64,000 bases of DNA from Vitrella brassicaformis CCMP3155. Lineage: Eukaryota > Protista > Chromerida. A program made the translations under genes and the position numbers. The stretch spans positions 41,913-105,912 of the forward strand of contig CDMY01000351.1 in assembly GCA_001179505.1 (NCBI GenBank). Direction: 5' to 3'. Below, in pieces: positions 37,679-50,308 of this stretch (positions within the stretch are counted from its first letter, which is position 1; each line of letters begins with the position of its first letter). The notes beneath the pieces are model-generated. The model saw only the letters and a program-made list of their open reading frames with translations. It searched no databases and was not told the DNA's origin.

Positions 37679-39251
37679 TGCCTGAAGATCACTCACTGTG
37701 TGGGGGCTGTGCTGTGCCGTGCCGTGCACTGCACAGCTGTCTGTGACTTTCTTTCTCAGTCCCTCGGTGTGGTGTACCCTTTTCTGAGTGAGGAGGGGCC
37801 GGGGCCAGCGGGACGTCCGGGACGGACGATGCATGCATTAGATAGATGGGCACTGCCGTCGTATCATGAATTGATCGAGGGCGGATAGGATGCTCATGTG
37901 TCTGTCTGTTGATGTGCTGGGGTTGGTGGGTGGAAGACACATGCGATGCACATCGATCAAGCAGACTTACTTACAGGCACGCAACCAAAGACGTCGACCG
38001 TCAAGCTAGACGTCAAGTTCGACTGCCGCAACTAATCATCCATCACACCAACATATTAATCCATCTAAGAAAGCACCACACGGTGAGAACACGCGCACGT
38101 CACGAACGCTCATGTGTATGACTCTTTGTTTGTGTGTTGTTCGATTTCAGGGCGGTTGGTTGGTGCTTCTGTTGGTTGACCCATCTGTGTCATTGCAGAT
38201 GGGTCCAAGAGGCTCACCTATGACCATTCATTCGATCATGTCACTCACACGTGTCGTGTGTTTGACCTGTGTCTTTGTAATGAGCGACGAGGTGAGGTGC
38301 CCCAGGGCTTGTTGGTGTCGGGCCATGGACAGTTCGAGTGCTACTTTCGGCACCTTTGCCCACATCAACGTACGTATACGCACATCAAAGCGACTGAGGT
38401 CTTTACACACGGATGGTTTGCTTCTCTCTCTCGTTGACGGTCTTGTCACTGACTTGATTCATGACTGAGGTGTTGGGTATGTGGGCCTTGCAGACGGTGG
38501 TCATCGACTGGAAGTACAAGGAGTTCATCCTGAGGCTGTACGACCGGCAGACACAGGCAGCCGAGAGGGCGGCCCGTCTTCCTGGCTGACCGAGTCTGAA
38601 TTTTTTGTGTAATTAATTCGTCTGTTTTCGGATGGATCGATGTCACTTGCTGAGCTGCATCCATGCCGTCACCTTCCCATGTGTATGTGTGTGTGTCCTT
38701 GATTGGTGTATGCAGTGTGTCTGGCGGGCAGCCGAGGGAGCCGTCAGTCAGTCATCGACCAGCTGATGCTGGTGCTGGTGGTGGTTCACACGACTTATCA
38801 CCCATCGGGGGCAGACAGACAGACGGACGGACGGACGGACGGACAGGGAAAGTGGGACTTCTGTGGGCGGCCATCTATATGGATGGCCATCAGAGAGCTG
38901 TTTTTGCTGGATGTGGTGCGGCCGTAAAGACAATTCAGCTCCAAACATGAGTCTTGATCGACATCATGTAAACAAATGAGAAAAGCGCGCCAAAAGAGGA
39001 GAAAGGAGAAGAGGAAGGAAGAGAAATACGCCGTTGTTGGTGCTGAATAGTGGTGCCTGAGAGAGACGAGACGAGGCGAGGCGAGGCGAGGCGACGCGAC
39101 GCGACGCGCGAGGAGCTGGCCGCTCGGCCAGCGAGCGGCCGTTCTGTCGCAAAAGCCATCCATTCTCCACACACTGCAAGGTGAGGAAGCGAGCATGGGC
39201 AGCCACAGCCATTCACTCTGCCTCTGTGTTCCATCAGGTAGCTATCCATCC

Positions 39252-41147
39252 ATGGATGATCTTCGACAAGCCGTGGCGTGGTGCGTGTGGGGGGTGCGGC
39301 AATTCGTGTGGCATCTCCCAAGCCTCATCTACGGGCTGACGGCATGGGCGCGTCTGCACCCTGCAAAGGGCAACCTCATTGGGCTGGCCGCTAGCTTCAT
39401 CGGAGGCGTCATCACCAACACAGGCTACCACCTCATGCGCAGCGCCAACGATTGTGTGTGGTTTGTCGGTGTTTGGGTACTGGTCCGCCTGGGCAATGCC
39501 ATACATTTGTGGGCGCTTTCCGTCGCCCCTGCCTCCACTGTGTACCCATCCAACGCTGCAGCTCTCATGGTGTCGCCATTCATTGGATACGTGAGCAACA
39601 GACGCACAGAGAGAGAGAGAGAGAGAGCAGTGTGCGTGGCCGGTTTCCATTCCATGAGTGTGTGTGCGTGTGTTTGTGTGTGCAGCTCTGTTTCAACGAT
39701 AAGATCAAGTGGTTTCGGCACATTCCGGTGATCGCCGGCATGATTGTAGGCATTGCCTTCACGTCGCTGGCTCCATCCTTCGCCAAGACACCGCACAAAC
39801 ATACGGTAGATGACACCACTAAAGTGGGCGGGTGTCAACAAATGCAGCCATCCATTGCGTCATGTGTGTGTCAGGTCGGTTCTGACGTGTTGTTTCATCG
39901 CTCCACGGCGTACAACTGGTACATCGTCGTGTATCTCATCTGCGGCACACTTCTAGAAATCAAAAGATACGAAACGCAGGAGTCCCTCGAGTAACTGGAC
40001 GAGACACACACTGTCACACACACAGACAGACACACACTTGAGGCTCATTTGTGTGCGGTTCTGTAGAGTGGCCAACTACTACGACACGGCGCTGTCCTTT
40101 GGGGTGATGCGTCCATCTGAATACTTCGAGCGGCTGTGGGGTAAATGAAAGACACACACACAGACACATACACACACAAGGGAGGGAGGGAGGGAGGGAG
40201 GGAGTGAGGGACAGGGAGACACACACACACACACGCATTTGTTCACTTGTCTCGTCCAGCCGTTCTGTATGGTATCGCGGCGGGACATTGGGGCTGCCAG
40301 GTCGGCCTTGAGCTCAAACAGACAATCGAGGTTGGATAAATGGCAGGCACATACACATACCAGAGACGTGATGCTCTCTCTGTCTCTCTCTCCCTGTGCA
40401 GCTAGGTGTGGAGAGTCACCGTACGCGCATTATCCCCTGGGGTCCGATGGGGTGGTCGCTCTTCATCTTGGCATACTCGGCATTCCTACAGGTACCCCTC
40501 ATATGGACGCCTCCTCGCCCACCACTCACTGGTGTGTGTGTCTCGTCGTCATGTGCAGTTCGGGATAGTTGGTGACGGACTAGAGTACACGGAGAAGGCC
40601 ACCGAAGTGATTACGGCATTTTCCGCCAGCATGTGCCTCTGGGGCACACTTGGAGGTGAGAGGCATCCACCATGACATCACACCACAAGCTCGTGTGTGT
40701 GTGCGTCGATATGTACATGCACATCGATCAAAGGGCTCGTGAAGTTTCATGAGATTGAGGCCCTCGGCGCTGCGTCGAAGTGGCTGCTTGCCCTGGGTGT
40801 GCCGCACTGATACACACATACATGTGTACGTCCATGTGTAATACTTACATATGCCTCTTCGCAGGGGTCGCCCTCATCGTGTTCTGCGGCGCGTGTCTGG
40901 CGTTCGAAATGCGCGAACTTGAGGAGATCGGGTACGTGCGCGAGCAGGAGAGCGTCTCTGTTTGTGTGCGATGCTTTGACGGTATGTGTGTTATGTATGT
41001 GTCTGCAGCATGTTCTGTGGCCGCCGTGCGTGTGCGTGCCTCCACTTCTGCGCCGCCAGGATTCGAAGCTATGCTGAACGTACCCGTCGTTGCGTTACAT
41101 TCTGCATCGACCACATTTGCCAGTGCCTCCGCCGCCGGCCCACCTGA
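39252..41147 (+). CDS. NIPA-like Mg2+ transporter / DMT superfamily protein, probably frameshifted
   Basis: WFVGVWVLVRLGNAIHLWALSVAPASTVYPSNAAALMVSPFIGY|LCFNDKIKW...AGMIVGIAF fits the NIPA pattern, as do later hydrophobic exons (GLVKFHE...GVALIVFCG). The frame switches near 40282 (AVLYGIAAG to TLGCQVGLELKQTIE). Confidence 0.65.
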
Positions 41148-42462
41148 GCACATACAGACCAAGTAAACTGTCCAAGTGCACCAACGAGCCGAGCACGACT
41201 CACGGTCGTGTGCGTGTGTGTGTGTGTGTGTGGTTGTTAGGAGGGAGCCCGAGAGGGAGGATGTAGCAGTGCAGCCGGTGTATATCTGGGGTGAGGGTGC
41301 AGTGATGTAAGAGTGGCTGCCTAGTCAGTACGTGCGCTCATGATTGTGAAGTGAGGTACTTACTGGCTACTTCTCTGTGACGTCTGTGTATACCTCAGCA
41401 GCATTGCTTGATTGACCAGCCTGGCCAGCCAGCCCAACAACACAAAGCAGCAGGCGCATCTGATCTGTGTGGGACGCACGCAGCCAGCCTTGATCAGCAT
41501 GCATTGAGGTTCCTTTCGTGTACATTCATTGAATGTTTTTCTCCACCTACAGAAGAGTGCTGCCCCCCACACCAGTAAGATACATCCAGAGAAAAGGCAC
41601 CAACGCTCAATGTGCGGTTCAAAACACGGAGAATGAGAAGCAGGGGCCACCCAACAGACCAATAGCCACAATAGCTTCTTGTTGTACATCAAGGCTTACT
41701 CGCTTACTCGCATCCCCACAGAGAAACACCCCCTGTCTCCACACACCACACATCCCCAATGTCTCACTCTTACCCTCAAGCAAAGAAAAGTTCTTCCACA
41801 GACACATGGAAAGAACATCTAGGAAGAAGAGGAGAGGGAGGGTGGAGAAGGGGGAGTCTGTTGGGCCGTTTTCTGTGCTCTGAGTCAAGTTGGCCTTGCA
41901 CACAGGGCGGGATGCGGCACCAACTTGGGGGCTGAGAGGGGCCATTTTCGCCTTGCTACTGGCCTGGCCAGTCGACCATCGATGATGGTGCCGTGCCACG
42001 GCTGGCCTTCATATCACCGGGCAGTCTGGCGTGGAGGATGCCGACAACCCTCCCTTTGGTATCCAGGCTGGATGACCTAGCAAATCGTGTCTTCCTGACC
42101 AGGTGAGTACATTTGTGCTAGCACGGGCCTTGGCGATGCGACGCTGCAGAGATCGGACGCCTGACTCACCAGCCACCCACACACAGACAGACAAGGACAG
42201 CGAGGGAGGGTGCTGTGTGCATGGATGTGTGTGTGTGTGTGTGCGTGTGTGTGGTGTGTGTGTGTGTGACGGCACACCTGATGGCCGTAGAGATCTCAGG
42301 CAAGCCACACCAGCGACGCGCACAATGAGGACCTGACACACAGCCAGATGGTCGTTTGTTTGCCCTTGTCTGCATGGCTTTGCCATCCTTTCTCATTGGG
42401 CAAGCGAGTGGGGCCGTTTCCACTTGGAGCTCCCTGGAGCTCGGCATCAAGCTCGCGCTCTC

Positions 42463-42489
42463 TAGGACATTCCGTGAAACCGCTCTCTC
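42463..42489 (+). promoter_or_regulatory. Recurrent 27-bp upstream motif, copy 2
   Basis: TAGGACATTCCGTGAAACCGCTCTCTC, about 117 nt upstream of the ATG at 42606. Confidence 0.5.
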
Positions 42490-42605
42490 CCCTCCCCCCA
42501 TCCCAACTCGGGCCTTCCTTGTCCAGCATATGTCGTCGCTGAAGCAGGTGCGCAGCGGCGAGTCTGCGTCCGCGCGCGACGTGCGTCAGTTCGGAGGATG
42601 TTGAG

Positions 42606-43687
42606 ATGCCTATTCTGCCGCGCGCCAGAGTAGATGTCTACTATGCAGGCACGGAGCAGACCGGCACCCCCGCCATACAGTTTGAAATGCCGCTGCGCGA
42701 CGACACCTCATTTGAGGATCTGAGGGGGGTGGCCCATGAAAGGTGGTGGCCTGCTACGACCAAGCCGGAGACCAGAAGCCGCCCGCTGTTTACCAAATCG
42801 TGCTTGCCGATGGCGAAGAGCCTTCCCTCCTTTCCGACCCTGTCAAGTGCGTATGCTTGAAGACGCCACACCACACATGCACATGTGTCACAACGTGTGC
42901 TTTCTATTGCACTCCTTCTGTCTATCAGGTCTGTGTATCAGGAGAAGATCGAAGCGAAGAAGACCATCAAGATCGTCATGACCGCACCCGCACCAAGTGA
43001 GTCGGACAGGGACCAAAAGACAAATGCTTGCGCCATTTGCTGTTTACGGTGCTTGTTTTTGGGTTGCTGTACCAGGACGGAAGAGACCGACGAAGAGTCA
43101 ACCGCACTCAACTCAGCACCAAACGAAGCCAGCCAGCGCAAATCCGACAACCCATTCGAATCAAGGCGTCTTCCTGCGGGGCAGCGGCCATGGATCACGG
43201 TTTGCCTCGTCAGCCTCTTCCGAGTTACTGAAGCCACTCCTCGAGACAACGTGAGACGATATCTTATCGGCAAACTCGACCAATGGCCTGCACAGCGTTG
43301 AAACGAACCAACACAGCTGAGATGCTCCAGCTCCGCGCACCTCTCTTGTTCCTCCTGGACTGCATCGAGCTTGCGGTTGATCCTCTCGCGCAGCTCCAAT
43401 TCAATCGGGCGGCCTGCTGGGCGGCTGTCATAGCCACCTTCATGGCTTCTTACATAGACATACTCAACGCGGCGGCCCAAAACCTAGATGCCCGGTGGGT
43501 GGGTGCACTCATCCAACAACCGGACGGCACGTGGAAGAGAAGACGTGGTTTTGAAAACTGGCTGCTATGGCTATGGCTGCGGGAGATGTGGGGGGTGTGC
43601 ATGCGGCCGTCGATGTTTTGGTTTTCGTTGACCCTACTCGCTCTTTTCTGCTGGGGACTCTCGCACAGGATTCGTGTTGGATACTGA
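42606..43687 (+). pseudogene. Putative beta-grasp/PB1-like N-terminus plus C-terminal hydrophobic region, two apparent 1-nt deletions
   Basis: MPILPRARVDVYY...DTSFEDLRGVAHE / KVVACYDQ...YQIVLADGEEPSLLSDPVK|SVYQEKIEAKKTIKIVM, and ...RRYLIGKLD / MACTALKRT...WLLWLWLREMW...FWFSLTLLALFCWG. Frame changes near 42738 and 43279. Confidence 0.4.
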
Positions 43688-44018
43688 TGATTGATGCACA
43701 TGATTGATGCACAGTTTCTTGTGCCGGTGACCGTTTTTGCGTGCCTTGTCTGTTTCTGCTTCTTCATTCGTTATCTGTGACACAAGTACGGTGGACACCG
43801 TAGGGAAATATGTATGTCAAAACTCTGTCACACAGCTCTGTGCTCTGATGAATCAATATATTCACACTCATACCCAGATATCACCAAAAGCCATGCCAAA
43901 TGCGACTTCAGTAGATACAGCATATTGCACACACATACGCGTGAACAGGCAGACAGACACGCAGAGAGAGAGAGAGAGAGATTGGCATGTGTGTGAGTGT
44001 GTGTGTGTGTTTGTCGAG

Positions 44019-46316
44019 TCGCCCGACGATGGACATGAAGATCGCCGAGGACGTCAAGCGGCAGAGCACTCTCAGAATCGTCACACGAGAGGGAGACCCC
44101 AACAGCCTCACCGTAAGTGACCAAACCACAGACACCACCACACACACACAGCCCTCTGTGTCTGTGTGTGTGTGTGTGTCTGTGCAATGGGTTGATAGGA
44201 TTTGGACAAGGCAGCAGCCGGTGCGGCCAAGAACGTGTTGGTGCTGAGGGACACTGCGGCCGCCAAGGGGGCTGAGCAGACTGGCGGGGCGTCTGCCGTC
44301 CGCCGCCAGACGGCCGTACTCGCCGCTGTACGCGACAGACAGAGCAACGACCTGCCGTCGTCAAGGGCAGCAAAACACCCGCCGACCGTCGTGGTCAGTC
44401 GACAGACACACCGAGAGAGAGAGAGAGTGGGTTGTGTGTGTCCATCTATCTCTGTGCTCGGGGTGTGTGCTGTGCTGTGCTGTGGTGTGCCGCAGGTGTC
44501 TGTGCCTGAGGCGGCATTGGAGCAGCACCCCGGTGCGTCTGCGGCCGGCCGTTTCGCATCGCTGGCTGAGGTGGACACGGACGGCTTTGTCGATCGGCTG
44601 CTCGCACAGTGTGTCGTGCAGCCCGGACTCAGCACGGTCCGTCACCGACAACCTTACATACACATCCATCCATCCATGTGTGTGTGTGTGTCCATCTGCT
44701 GCCTCTCTGTCTGTGTGTCAGGTGTACGCCGAGTTGTTCCACCAGGAGGGCAGTGAGTTCTACATCGAGGCGGCCAGAATGTACGCTGGCGTGCAGGGCA
44801 AGACCTTCGGACAGGCGTGGAAACACTTCCCAAGGGTATACCACACACACACACACACGATGCTTGAACGACTGACAAGAGGCCATCTGTTGGTGCGTGT
44901 GTGTGTGTGCAGGCGTCATTGTGTGGTCTGGTCAAGGACGGCGAGTTGATGCTGTCGCCGCCCATCAGTGTGATGATCGGCCCCAACGACCAGCTCATCT
45001 TTGTCGCCACGGACGTACAAACACACACACACACACACATCCATCCATCCATCTGTGTGTGGGAGCGCAGAAAACCAATTTGCGCTACTCCCGCTCTGCC
45101 GTCGGCACACATGAGGTGTCTGACGTCAGGAGGAGCCGGAGGGCCACACAGGCCGAAATGCAGAAGGCATATCCGAGAAAAGTGCTCATCCTCAACACGG
45201 CAAAGGCCGACCTGACCACGGACGCGTAAGCCAACAGATACACCACACACACAGAGAGAGAGAGCACAGAGAGACAGAGAGAGAGAGAGTGTGTGTGTGT
45301 GTGTGTGTCTGCCATTGGGTATGTGTGTGTGGGCGGTTTGGCTGCAGTAGGAGCTCAGAGCAGACGGCGAGTCTGTTGCGTCATCTCGACGAGTGGGCGG
45401 CGACTTTCACCAAACCGCTCGACGTCACTCTGGTCACACCAGCACCCCTCAAACAGTAAGGGACCTAAGCCAATTCACCTCTCAACACACACAGGTACCC
45501 ACCTGTGTGTGCGTGTGTTATGTGTTCAGGCGTGTGGGTCAGCTGCACGTCAAGGCGTTCCCCCGGTCCACCACGTGCCGCCGGTTCGGCAACCTGCGCA
45601 TCAGGACGGTCGTCAAGGACCCCTCCACCCCCAAGACACTCAAAAGCGTCAAGGTGGCCAGCCATCAGATGGCCATTCCATCCATCCATCCATCCACTGT
45701 GTCTGTGCAGGCTGAGGACGCCGACGTGGCATTGCTCGTGCATCTCGACGGCAGCTCCGTCAGGTCAAGGAGCGACGTCAACACACAGCAAGAGGTCAGA
45801 TGAGCTGTGAGGACACAAAGCCATCCTCTCGCTCTGTGGATGGATGGAAGGATGTGACTGTGGCTGTGGCTGGTTGATGTGTTGATGCAGCGTGACGCTG
45901 AGATACTGGGGATGCGGCTGCTGCTCGAGTCGCACATGAAAGACGTCAACAAACCTATGCCCAGGCACTGAGACACACACACACACACATCAATGGCACA
46001 CGCCATCGCCCCATCCCTCCCTCTCTCCCTCGATGAATCAGAGTGGTGACGCACCTCAGCCAGGCCTCGAGCGTGCAGTACCTGCCCGCCAAGGCCGCCC
46101 CCCGCCCCTGGCGGCTCCTTTATCAGTCCCGCCGGCTGGCATCGTCTCCCACTTTGATGCTGAGGGCCACGAGGGGCAAGCTGCAGGGCGTCGATGTGAT
46201 AGTGCCGGCAGAGCTCGAGAGCGGCGTCCTCGTCCAGATACTCATGCAGCCGGAGCTGCAACACATCTACACGGTCCGTTCGAGTGTGAGTGCACTAGAT
46301 TAGAGGGAGAGGCGCA

Positions 46317-46352
<36 letters not shown>

Positions 46353-46623
46353 TGTGGTTGAGCAGGAGTTGCTGCAGCCGTCCGGCAAGGAGATCTGTGT
46401 GGCCGTGTGTTTGGACCAAGTCACCGGCAGTGCAAGTTGCAGCGGCTGCCGGCGCCATCGTCAGGGCAATGTGACGATGACGGGCCGACCTGTCAGGGCA
46501 ATGCTATCAGCGCTTCGACGACATTCCAAGAGGCGCCAGGCGAGGCACCAGCCTGACGTTGCGGCGCAGCCGACCATGCCCTCGCGCAGCACCAACATCA
46601 ACAGCACCCCAAGGGCCATTTGA
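44019..46623 (+). CDS. CASTOR/POLLUX (DMI1)-like channel, C-terminal RCK region only; 5' pore exons not found
   Basis: RIVTREGDP...DLDKAAAGAAKNVLVL, LLAQCVVQPGLST|VYAELFHQEGSEFYI, LCGLVKDGELMLSP...DQLIFVATD, PRKVLILN, DVIVPAELESGVLVQILMQPELQHIYT|ELLQPSGKEICV. Includes a GC-AG intron at 45965-46041. Confidence 0.75.
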
Positions 46624-47907
46624 GGTGTGTATACGGCAGGTGCAAATGGGCTGTCTTCCCGGCGGGAAGACAGGCTGAGTCCGTCCGTACGTCTCCTGTA
46701 CAACGACTGCATGGGCTGTTTTCATGGTGTGACAGATATGAAAGTGAGTGACGCAGAACTGGTCATTCATTGACTCGACCACTCATTGCAAATATGGTGT
46801 TTGACTGATGATTGATTGGTCTCCATGAGGGCAAACAATCCTCAATGTCCGTTTTGAGAAAGGTCTGTTTGAGAAGATTGCGAATTTTATGTCACGCAAA
46901 CCAGCACAAGCACATCCACCCATGTCTGTCTGTCTGCCTGCCTGTCTGTCTGTCTGTGTGTCTGTGTGTCAGCTGCCCAACCCCTGCATGGAGTGTGTGC
47001 ACGTACGACGTGCCTCAGAGGCGGCCGTGCGGCCATGTGCGAGCGGTGCCAGGCGGCCTGTCCGGAGAGCGACCCAATCGTGGCTGTCGATGTAGCTCAT
47101 GGCCGCCGGCCGCTGCTCGTACCTACGTCTGTGCAAGGCGCCACGAATGCAGAGATAAATAGTCGGCTGGACTAGACAGGTGGCTAAGTGGTTAAATGGT
47201 CCGCTGGGCCCGTGTTTTTCGGTCGATTTGTGTGTGGTTATTTGTGGTCACTGCGGTCTGGCTGATGACGTGTGTAGCTGATGACGTGTGTAATGGCGCA
47301 CACGTCCCGGGGAACGGTTGTGTGTTAGTTTGTGAGCAGCTGGCATCACAACGAGTGCTGAAACTTTTGTGATGTCCACAGATATTGTCGTGTGTGCTGA
47401 CCATCCATTGATATCCCATCTGTACACAGTGTGCACGCCATCCATCCATTTGCCATCCATTGTCGGCCATTGACATGCACCACAAGCCCCCCAACCGCCC
47501 AACAGCCACACACAAAGCAAACCATCAAAACACAAACACGCACATGGGCGCATTCCTGGCTTGCTCATGCATCCATGCATGTTTGTGGGTCACTCAATGT
47601 CGCTGGTGTCACTGCCTCCAGCGGATGAGCCCCCCTCGTCCGTGTCTCGCTCCTCGGGGCGCTCCGGCACACACTGGGGGAAGTAGAGCCTTAGGAGTGC
47701 CACACACTGCACCACGCCATACGTAGGGGGGGCAAAGTGTGGCGTGAACGGTTGGCTTTATTGCTGACCCATCGGTCGAGCCCTTCCGTGCCGTGCAGCG
47801 CCAGATGTCGCATCTTGGCCACGCCGCCAGCCTGTCGTTTCCGCCCCCATACGCAGACACCCCATGAGCCAGACCGTCTTGCCCTCAATTGTGTCTCCTC
47901 CCTGCCC

Positions 47908-49522
47908 TCATGGTGACTGACAGACCTGGTGGACGAGGTCAGAGTAGGGGTTGTTCACGAGGCCGTCGGCCGCCTGCTTCTGCTCACCCACACTGCATAC
48001 ACACATGGATGGGCAACAACACAGCCACACAATGCATTAATGGATGCCGCCCGTTGTGCGTGTGATCTATGTGCTGCCTGACCGACGGCAGAATGCCATT
48101 GAGTGTCCTCAGAGCCAGGCGGACCTCCCCATGTTCGTTGCTGTACAGCACGGCACAGAGAGGGCCGATGCACCCACACTCAACGACATACTCGCCCTGC
48201 AGGCCCGTACAAGAGACAGAGACGCGCATCCATCCCTGTTTGTCTCCTTAGCTAAGGATTTACCTGTGCCTGTGATCCCTTTGACGTGATGTTGTACAGT
48301 GCCAGCGCTGCTTCGCCCTTACTGCCCGACAGCCGCTCAATCAAGACAGGCACCAAGCCCTCATCAATCACAGACTGAATGGCACCGTGCAGACCTGCAG
48401 GAACACATATAAAATGTACCCACAGATGGGACGCGTTGTATCCCATACCTGTATCTGCGATTGCGGCCACAGTAAATGATGCCTCCTTGGATATGAGCGG
48501 ATTGGCCGACGCCAACATCGCCTTGAGCTGGGCTATGTGCTCCAAAAGGACACCAACAAAATGACGATAGTCCCCACCTGTCAACGAAGTAACAAATGTC
48601 AAAGAACTGACTCCGTGCCACGTGCTCTTATTCTTCAGCCCTCTGACCCTCGATGAGGCGCCCTAGGAGGCGCCGGGTTGTCCGCAGAACAAGCGCTTGT
48701 ACACAGTACCCCCCCAGGTACTCGCAGCGGGACGGCAGGTGTGGCAGGAAGGGTGGCAGATGACGAGACATGACAGAGCCCAATCGCATGACCTCCATGA
48801 GCAAAGGAAAACCCTGGCCCTGGCTTTCTGCAGTATCGATGAGGACGCAAAGAGTCAGCAGCGCCATTTGCAGCAGGGCCCGGTCTTGATCAGCTGTCTC
48901 GACCAGCATCACCAGCACACGCACACACTCTGCCACCAGCCAGAGGGGCAGCAGCGGGTTTCTGCTCAATAGAAGCATCAGCAGCGCAACGCAGTGCTGG
49001 GGGACCCCGATTTGCCTTTTGGTCTTGCTACGCAGCCTCTCCAGCAGTGGCTCAATCACGCCCGTCTCCAGAATGGCTTCGCACGCCGCTGCCGAGTGAC
49101 TGGCTATGTACACCAAGAAGGTGGCAACATGATGCACCAGGGTCAAGTCAGCGCTGGACGCCAACACCTTGACCAGGACGGGAATAGCATCGGCGTCCAT
49201 CAGCGATTGGACGGCAACGCCTTCCGATGCTGAATGGGAAAGCCGTCGGGAGATCTCGGTGGCGGCAAGGATAGCGAACAGCGGCTGTCGGCTTATGCTT
49301 CGCAGCAGCCCGCAGAGGGGCTCACGGCGGAGAGACCATCGAAGGACCGCCGCCACTGCGGCGAATGCCGCCACCACCAAGAGCACCACGGTGAAGAACC
49401 AGCGTGAAGAACCAGCGTGAAAGATACAGGAGGAAGGGACCGCACGGGCTGCATGTCAGGCCCATCGCGGCGAGCGCAACCACAAGACAGCGGCGCCATG
49501 GCCAGCCCCACCATAAACTCAT
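47908..49522 (-). pseudogene. Importin-alpha-like ARM-repeat protein with hydrophobic N-terminus, frameshifted by a 13-bp duplication
   Basis: SLMDADAIPVLVKVL, AILETGVIEPLLERL, ISKEASFTVAAIADTG, AIQSVIDEGLVPVLIERL...EAALALYNITSKGSQAQ, YVVECGCIGPLCAVL...ALRTLNGIL, VNNPYSDLV. GTGAAGAACCAGC x2 at 49391-49416 separates ORFs 49322-49615 and 48628-49389. Confidence 0.7.
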
Positions 49523-49689
49523 CGTTTCTGATTCGGATGCATCCAACTTGAATCTACTGTGGGGGCGAGAAAGGGAGACGGCGAGAAAAGGGGGGGAAAC
49601 TTGAAGTTCCTCCAAAAAACAGCTGTCTGCTCAGGAGTCCGAAGCAAGGAAGACGGACACTATCGACTGTGACGACGCTCGGCTTTGCG

Positions 49690-50250
49690 TATCTGTTTGG
49701 ATTGCCTTCACAAGACCCGGTGGGTGAGCCGACATGTACACGCATGAGAGATGGGGATGACATCGTGTGCCCATGTGTCGTGTCTGCAGGTGAGTTTTCG
49801 TGAGCCCTGGGTTGTACGGGTGGATGACGGAGCAGATAATATTTATGTTATGCCGCCTCGCCGAGATACACGCAGACGGAAAAGTCATGCTCGGTACCAC
49901 AGACGCAGAAAAAACAGACACGGAATGACACGCGTCGAATATGTCTGTGGCTGCAGTGCTGGAGGGCGGGTACAACCCAGAGATGCTCTCTAAAGCGTCC
50001 ATTCTGTTGGTCAAGGCCCTCCTCAAGACGAGCGACAGAGACGCCGCACTCACGCCAGAGGCATTCGTACTGTCGCCCGTCAAACCATGGACAGGCAAAC
50101 CCAGCCATCGCAATGATGATGCCTTCCTTGTATCATCTGTTGTGTTTGCATCGCTCACCAGGGGAATTTCCCACCCACAGGGTGTTGCGGGACGATGGCG
50201 ACATGAGACAATTGACATCGAGAAGATGCGCAGATTTATCATCTTCACTC
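49690..50250 (+). pseudogene. C-terminal fragment of a class II-type histone deacetylase domain
   Basis: Restored reading ...DPVG|EFSVSPGLYGWMTEQIIFMLCRLAEIHADGKVML|VLEGGYNPEMLSKASILLVKALL. Frameshifts near 49700 and 49800. Upstream catalytic motifs not seen. Confidence 0.7.
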
Positions 50251-50308
50251 GTGAGAAGAAATTGATCGATCAATTCAATATGGATGCCCTTTTTCTGTCT
50301 ATCGTCAG

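Noticed and set aside
39063-39107. Graded pentamer run GAGAC/GAGGC/GACGC (and GCCAC at ~8806-8830)
   Set aside because: Consistent with ordinary microsatellite slippage. No sign of function.
41930-42130. Trypsin-like peptidase fragment (LDTKGRVVGIL on the minus strand)
   Set aside because: No upstream GxSGxP motif, and the frame is bounded by stops. A short chance match cannot be excluded.
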